Shown here in pieces: positions 54,259 through 58,082 of a stretch of DNA of 58,082 bases. The position numbers were made by a program, and so were the translations under genes. Source of the DNA: an uncultured virus (IMG/VR IMGVR_UViG_3300032829_000002) (lineage: Duplodnaviria > Heunggongvirae > Uroviricota > Caudoviricetes); the IMG/VR virus record IMGVR_UViG_3300032829_000002, positions 62,001-120,082 of that record; one strand, written 5' to 3'. Within the stretch, counting starts at the first letter, position 1; every line of letters starts with the position of its first letter. The notes below the pieces were generated by a model. That model ran no database searches, was not told where the DNA came from, and saw nothing but the letters and a program-made list of their open reading frames with translations.

Positions 54259-54810
54259 ATGCAGCGACGCTATCGAGAAGTTCCTAAAGAGGAGCGTGTC
54301 ATTCGAGTCAAATGCGCGCGGGCACAGCACGAGATCTTCGTTTCTGAAAGAGGTCGCGTTCGGTTCTTGAGCCATTCCTGCGTTTCGCCGCAGGTCCTGT
54401 TGCAAGAGGGGTACATGCGTAACTTGGACGAGCGCGGGTGCTACCTCTTTGCAAAGCTGCTTCTTCGAAAGGTCTCGAACGATTGGTCATACCACGCCGG
54501 AGACTTCGTGAAGGTCAAAGCACGTCGAACATTCGAGCTACGCTCTCTTCACAACGCAGGCATCGACGAGGTCGCCGCCGGACTCTTTTTCAATGACGCG
54601 TACAAAAGAAGATCGGAGCGGATCAAGGAGCGGGAGTACATCGACGACTATCCGGAGCCCTTTCATCGGATGCCACTGCAACGAATCGAACGTATCTACT
54701 CATGCATTCGAGCCGAGCAAACGAGGAAACTGCGTCGGGTTCGAGACTCGCTGAAACTCGCGGGGTTCCAGCCGCGCGAATCATGGGAGCTTCCTTCGTA
54801 CCGTCGTTGA
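54259..54810 (+). CDS. Hypothetical protein
   Basis: GGAGG RBS; atypical codons. Confidence 0.55.
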   Translation: MQRRYREVPKEERVIRVKCARAQHEIFVSERGRVRFLSHSCVSPQVLLQEGYMRNLDERGCYLFAKLLLRKVSNDWSYHAGDFVKVKARRTFELRSLHNAGIDEVAAGLFFNDAYKRRSERIKEREYIDDYPEPFHRMPLQRIERIYSCIRAEQTRKLRRVRDSLKLAGFQPRESWELPSYRR

Positions 54811-54825
54811 GGTAGACTTCTCGCG

Positions 54826-55038
54826 ATGGCTTCGCAAGCAGAGCGAGATCAACGCCTCGACCAACTCGTACAGCTCACGCAGCAGTGGTCGCAGCAGCGA
54901 CAGAAGGAGTTGAACGACCGCGTCACACAACTCACGCGCATGCTACAAGGGCGTGGGCTTGGCCAACTGATCGATGCACAGCAGCAAGCCGTGACGGCTC
55001 TTGCCGTCACCGAGATCGACAACTTTCTCGCAGGGTGA
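54826..55038 (+). CDS. Small helical protein
   Basis: TAGACT hexamer 7 nt upstream. Confidence 0.6.
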   Translation: MASQAERDQRLDQLVQLTQQWSQQRQKELNDRVTQLTRMLQGRGLGQLIDAQQQAVTALAVTEIDNFLAG

Positions 55039-55041
55039 TTC

Positions 55042-55353
55042 ATGGAAGAGATCAAGCAGAACGGCGTGGCTCCTGTTCCGGAGAAGGTCGAGACGGCCGC
55101 TCCGACGAACGTGCGCACCGTGGGTGCGATGACGGAGATGGAACGTCTTCGCGTGGAGAACGTTTCGCTCCGCGCCGAGAACCTCATGCTTCGCAAGGAG
55201 CGCATGAAGAAAGACGCCGACGCGATTCAGAGCGAAGAGGAGAAGATCCAGAAAGAGATCTTCGAGCTTCGCGGTCTGGTCGCCGCGCGCCTCGGCGTGC
55301 AGCCGGACAAGGTCCGTTTCCGTCGTGATGGTATGGTCGAGGAGGTGATCTGA
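55042..55353 (+). CDS. Coiled-coil protein
   Basis: Operon position. Confidence 0.6.
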   Translation: MEEIKQNGVAPVPEKVETAAPTNVRTVGAMTEMERLRVENVSLRAENLMLRKERMKKDADAIQSEEEKIQKEIFELRGLVAARLGVQPDKVRFRRDGMVEEVI

Positions 55354-55354
55354 A

Positions 55355-56359
55355 ATGACGACGATCGTAGGTCAGGCCGTTCAGCTACAGCTTCGGGCCG
55401 TTCAGGCGGACTGGGCCGGGCTCTTCGATCGTCTTCAGGTCTGGCGGAGCACCTCGGGTGCCGATGGCCCGTACGTGGAGCTCACTGCTCCTACGTGGCT
55501 CGGTGCTCGAGTGCCCGCCGACGTAGTCGGTGACCCTCCTTCTAGCCCTCCTTCAGGTCCGAGTGCCTTTGTCGTCGGCATGACGGCCTCTTTTCTCATC
55601 GACGAGACGACGCATATCGACGTCACGTTCACCGGTTCGAATCCGATCACTCGGTCACAAGCGGCCTCGCAGATCGTGGCACAGAGCCGTGGGATGCTGA
55701 CCAGCTTCGTCACGATGGATGGGCGGCTCGTCGTACAGTCCGTCGAGGCTGGCAACAAGGCCATCCTGCGCGTGCTCGCCACCGATGCTGCCGCGCTGCT
55801 CGGACTTCCGACGACGGACCCCGCTTGGGCGAACTACGGCAAAGACGCTCGCATCGTTCTTCGCCCCGAGCAGGAGCTCTACCCCTTCGTCGATTGGCAC
55901 AGCGGTTCGGGCTACTTCTACAAGACACGCTTCTCGAGTGACATCGACAACACGGTCAGCGACTTCTCGTTGCCGTTCACACTCACCACCGGTGGGAGCA
56001 TCGATCCCTCTTCCCTCGTTCTTGGAACAGTCGACCTCGTCGACGTGCAAGGCCGCGCCGTGCAGAACAGGGAGGTGACCGTCTACTCCAAGTTCCAGGG
56101 TAACGTAATCAACGGACGTGTGATGACGTCGACGGATGCGCGCGTAGTCACGGATGCGGACGGTCATGCAGAGTTCCTGCTGGTCCGTGGTGCGCAGGTG
56201 ACCGTGTCCGTTGCAGGAACGCAGCTCGCGAGAGACTTGACCGTTCCGACGGACCCGACGATCACGTCCTTCAATCTGCTCGACCCCTCCGTCGGTAGCG
56301 ACGATGTCTTCGTCGTGCAGGTTCCGAACATCGACTTCGCGGTGAGACGATCACTGTGA
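55355..56359 (+). CDS. Putative virion structural protein (beta-sandwich domains)
   Basis: GGAGG RBS; TDADGHAEF.L..G transthyretin/Cna-like motif. Confidence 0.6.
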   Translation: MTTIVGQAVQLQLRAVQADWAGLFDRLQVWRSTSGADGPYVELTAPTWLGARVPADVVGDPPSSPPSGPSAFVVGMTASFLIDETTHIDVTFTGSNPITRSQAASQIVAQSRGMLTSFVTMDGRLVVQSVEAGNKAILRVLATDAAALLGLPTTDPAWANYGKDARIVLRPEQELYPFVDWHSGSGYFYKTRFSSDIDNTVSDFSLPFTLTTGGSIDPSSLVLGTVDLVDVQGRAVQNREVTVYSKFQGNVINGRVMTSTDARVVTDADGHAEFLLVRGAQVTVSVAGTQLARDLTVPTDPTITSFNLLDPSVGSDDVFVVQVPNIDFAVRRSL

Positions 56360-56595
56360 GCGACGTCTTCATCTTCTATCCCAACAGGCAGCCGGACGGG
56401 CAGTCCTTCGCCTTTCACCGGCTGGCCCATGTTCCTGGAAAGGACCTCGCGAAGTACCTGCGAGATGTGCGGTTGGTCGGGCTTCGATCGCGCTCGCGCT
56501 GTACGCTTGACGGCAGCTCTGTCGTTCTTCGTCTCAGCTACATCCCCAAGCCTGGCGATCGAATCGTTCTTCGTACTGCGAGAGGCATGTCATGA
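56356..56595 (+). CDS. Small protein, possible beta-grasp (ubiquitin-like) fold
   Basis: Coupled at both ends; YIPKPGDRIVL. Confidence 0.55.
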   Translation: MSDVFIFYPNRQPDGQSFAFHRLAHVPGKDLAKYLRDVRLVGLRSRSRCTLDGSSVVLRLSYIPKPGDRIVLRTARGMS

Positions 56596-57476
56596 GCGTC
56601 GAGTCCGTAGATTTCTACCTTGTGGACAACACACCGTTCGCAGCACCCATCTCGGGCGTCGTGGTCAAGGTCTACAGCCAAGACGGCAAGCAGGTCTTCG
56701 GACAGCAGACCACGGATGCGAATGGGCTCGCCGCGTTCTTGTTGCCGTCCGACACGACCTTTCAGGTGCGCTTCTACAAGCAGCAGGTGAACATCAAGAA
56801 CCCGCAGTTCATCCAGGTGCTCGAGGCGCCTGCGACGAACGCATTCACTGTTGTCGGGGAGCCCTTCCAAGCGCCGACGTCGACAGATCCACGCCTCTGC
56901 ATGTGCTACGGCTTCTTCCGCACCGTCGCCGGAGGACCTGCGCAGAATCTCGACTGCCACATCATCGCGCAGTTCAACCCGTTGCTGCTCGATGGCGCTG
57001 GAGTTCTCACTGAACGCGTGATCGAACGAACGGACGAGCACGGGTACTTGCAGGTTCCCCTCATCCGCAACGGTCAGTACCTCGTTACGATCCAAGGCTT
57101 CGAGGACGTGCAACGCGTCATCTCCGTACCCGACGCACTCAACGCCAATCTGCCCGACCTGCTCTTCCCGGTCGTCGGCGCCGTGACGTTCGATCCGGTG
57201 GGACCCTTCACGATTCAAGTCGGCGTCGACTTCGTGACCACACCGACCGTGGTTGCTACTGACGGAGAGATCCTCGCCGGCGTCGCAGGAGGGGACGTCC
57301 AGTGGTCGACGGACGATCCCACGATCGCAGCCGTCATTCCATCGGCGACAACGCTTACGCTGCGTGGATTCAAGCCAGGTACGACGAATCTGCGAGCGGT
57401 GCGCTTCAACACGAGCATCGTGCGCTACCCCGATCCTGGGATTCAAGGCGTCCCGCTCGCCATCACCGTCCAATGA
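56592..57476 (+). CDS. Putative virion protein with transthyretin-like and Ig-like domains
   Basis: TTDANGLA, TDEHGYL, VQWSTDDPTIA (Big_2-like). Confidence 0.65.
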   Translation: MSVESVDFYLVDNTPFAAPISGVVVKVYSQDGKQVFGQQTTDANGLAAFLLPSDTTFQVRFYKQQVNIKNPQFIQVLEAPATNAFTVVGEPFQAPTSTDPRLCMCYGFFRTVAGGPAQNLDCHIIAQFNPLLLDGAGVLTERVIERTDEHGYLQVPLIRNGQYLVTIQGFEDVQRVISVPDALNANLPDLLFPVVGAVTFDPVGPFTIQVGVDFVTTPTVVATDGEILAGVAGGDVQWSTDDPTIAAVIPSATTLTLRGFKPGTTNLRAVRFNTSIVRYPDPGIQGVPLAITVQ

Positions 57477-57910
57477 ACGATCGCGTACTGGAAGGAGTGA
57501 ACTGCCGGGTACTCCTTTTGGAGATCGTCCGGCGGGCGGCTTACGACTGGGTTCTCTACCGCAACAGTCGACGACTCGAGAACCGCAAGCTCGCGCACGA
57601 GGCGTACACGTGGCTCTTCGTCGAAGCTCCCGGACATCCGCACTGGCAGCAGCGTAAAACCGACGGCTACGAGGCGTTCTCCTTCATCAGCATCTGCGAA
57701 ACTCTGGGGCTCGATCTGGAAGAAGTGCGTGCGCGCCTGCGCACGATCACCGCACGAGACATTCAGACGCTTGGGCGCCCTCCCACGCGCCGGCGGCTGC
57801 CTCCTCCGCGCACGGAGTCCGACTATCTCGAGTCCATCAAGGTTGATACGAACGGGCAGCGTGGATTGGCAGCGCTTCTCGACGCCGGCGATATCGTCTC
57901 GCTCGAGTAG
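57473..57910 (+). CDS. Hypothetical protein
   Basis: A..D...A..WLF...SF..ICE.LGLD...VR, a pattern common in phage ORFs. Confidence 0.6.
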   Translation: MNDRVLEGVNCRVLLLEIVRRAAYDWVLYRNSRRLENRKLAHEAYTWLFVEAPGHPHWQQRKTDGYEAFSFISICETLGLDLEEVRARLRTITARDIQTLGRPPTRRRLPPPRTESDYLESIKVDTNGQRGLAALLDAGDIVSLE

Positions 57911-57929
57911 CAACTTGTGCGTACGACAG

Positions 57930-57938
57930 GGAAAAAGA
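57930..57938 (+). promoter_or_regulatory. GGNATAAGA motif variant
   Basis: GGAAAAAGA then leader hairpin and AAGGAGGCATCC-ATG. Confidence 0.45.
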
Positions 57939-57972
57939 GCCTCGGGAGCGCTTGCTCCTAAAGGAGGCATCC

Positions 57973-58082
57973 ATGGGTTCGCACTACTACGCGTCCGACC
58001 TGAAGTTCTTTCTTCCGGTCGACAAGCACGCCGAGGCGCTGGAGCGCTTTCAGAAATGGCGCAAAGAGAAAGACGATGACCG
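57973..58082 (+). CDS. Hypothetical protein, 3'-truncated
   Basis: AAGGAGG RBS; MGSHYYASDLKFFLP... Confidence 0.65.
   Translation, partial: MGSHYYASDLKFFLPVDKHAEALERFQKWRKEKDDD

Noticed and set aside
1..58082. Stop-codon reassignment, tRNA or rRNA genes, introns
   Set aside because: Genes are intact under the standard code with TAA, TAG and TGA all used as stops; no cloverleaf or intron-split gene was recognised by eye

Overview
High-GC segment of a large myovirus-type (probably jumbo) phage genome. It holds the head module (prohead protease, scaffold/internal proteins, major capsid protein), neck proteins, an HNH endonuclease, tail sheath and tube, and a ~23 kb middle region. That region has a phosphatase, a frameshifted nucleotidase, an endolysin, a tail-chaperone-like pair with a -1 slippery site, GroES, a GNAT and many Zn-ribbon ORFans. 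Tape measure and baseplate genes, a cluster of glycine-zipper proteins and a sigma-70-family factor follow. Main observations: (1) about a dozen proteins share an F-x-D-E-L-x-K-[IL] motif and/or K-x-A motifs, which look like a capsid-targeting and protease-processing code, and the sigma factor N-terminus has a similar sequence; (2) an intergenic GGNATAAGA motif (11 copies including 2 single-mismatch variants) heads small cassettes, many ending in hairpin-TTTTTAGC terminators, and also precedes the sigma gene; (3) one cassette appears to encode a structured small RNA with an anti-Shine-Dalgarno sequence, and another is empty; (4) a ferritin-like di-iron domain is fused to a putative internal virion protein. 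All product calls come from motif recognition by eye and gene order; no database searches were run.
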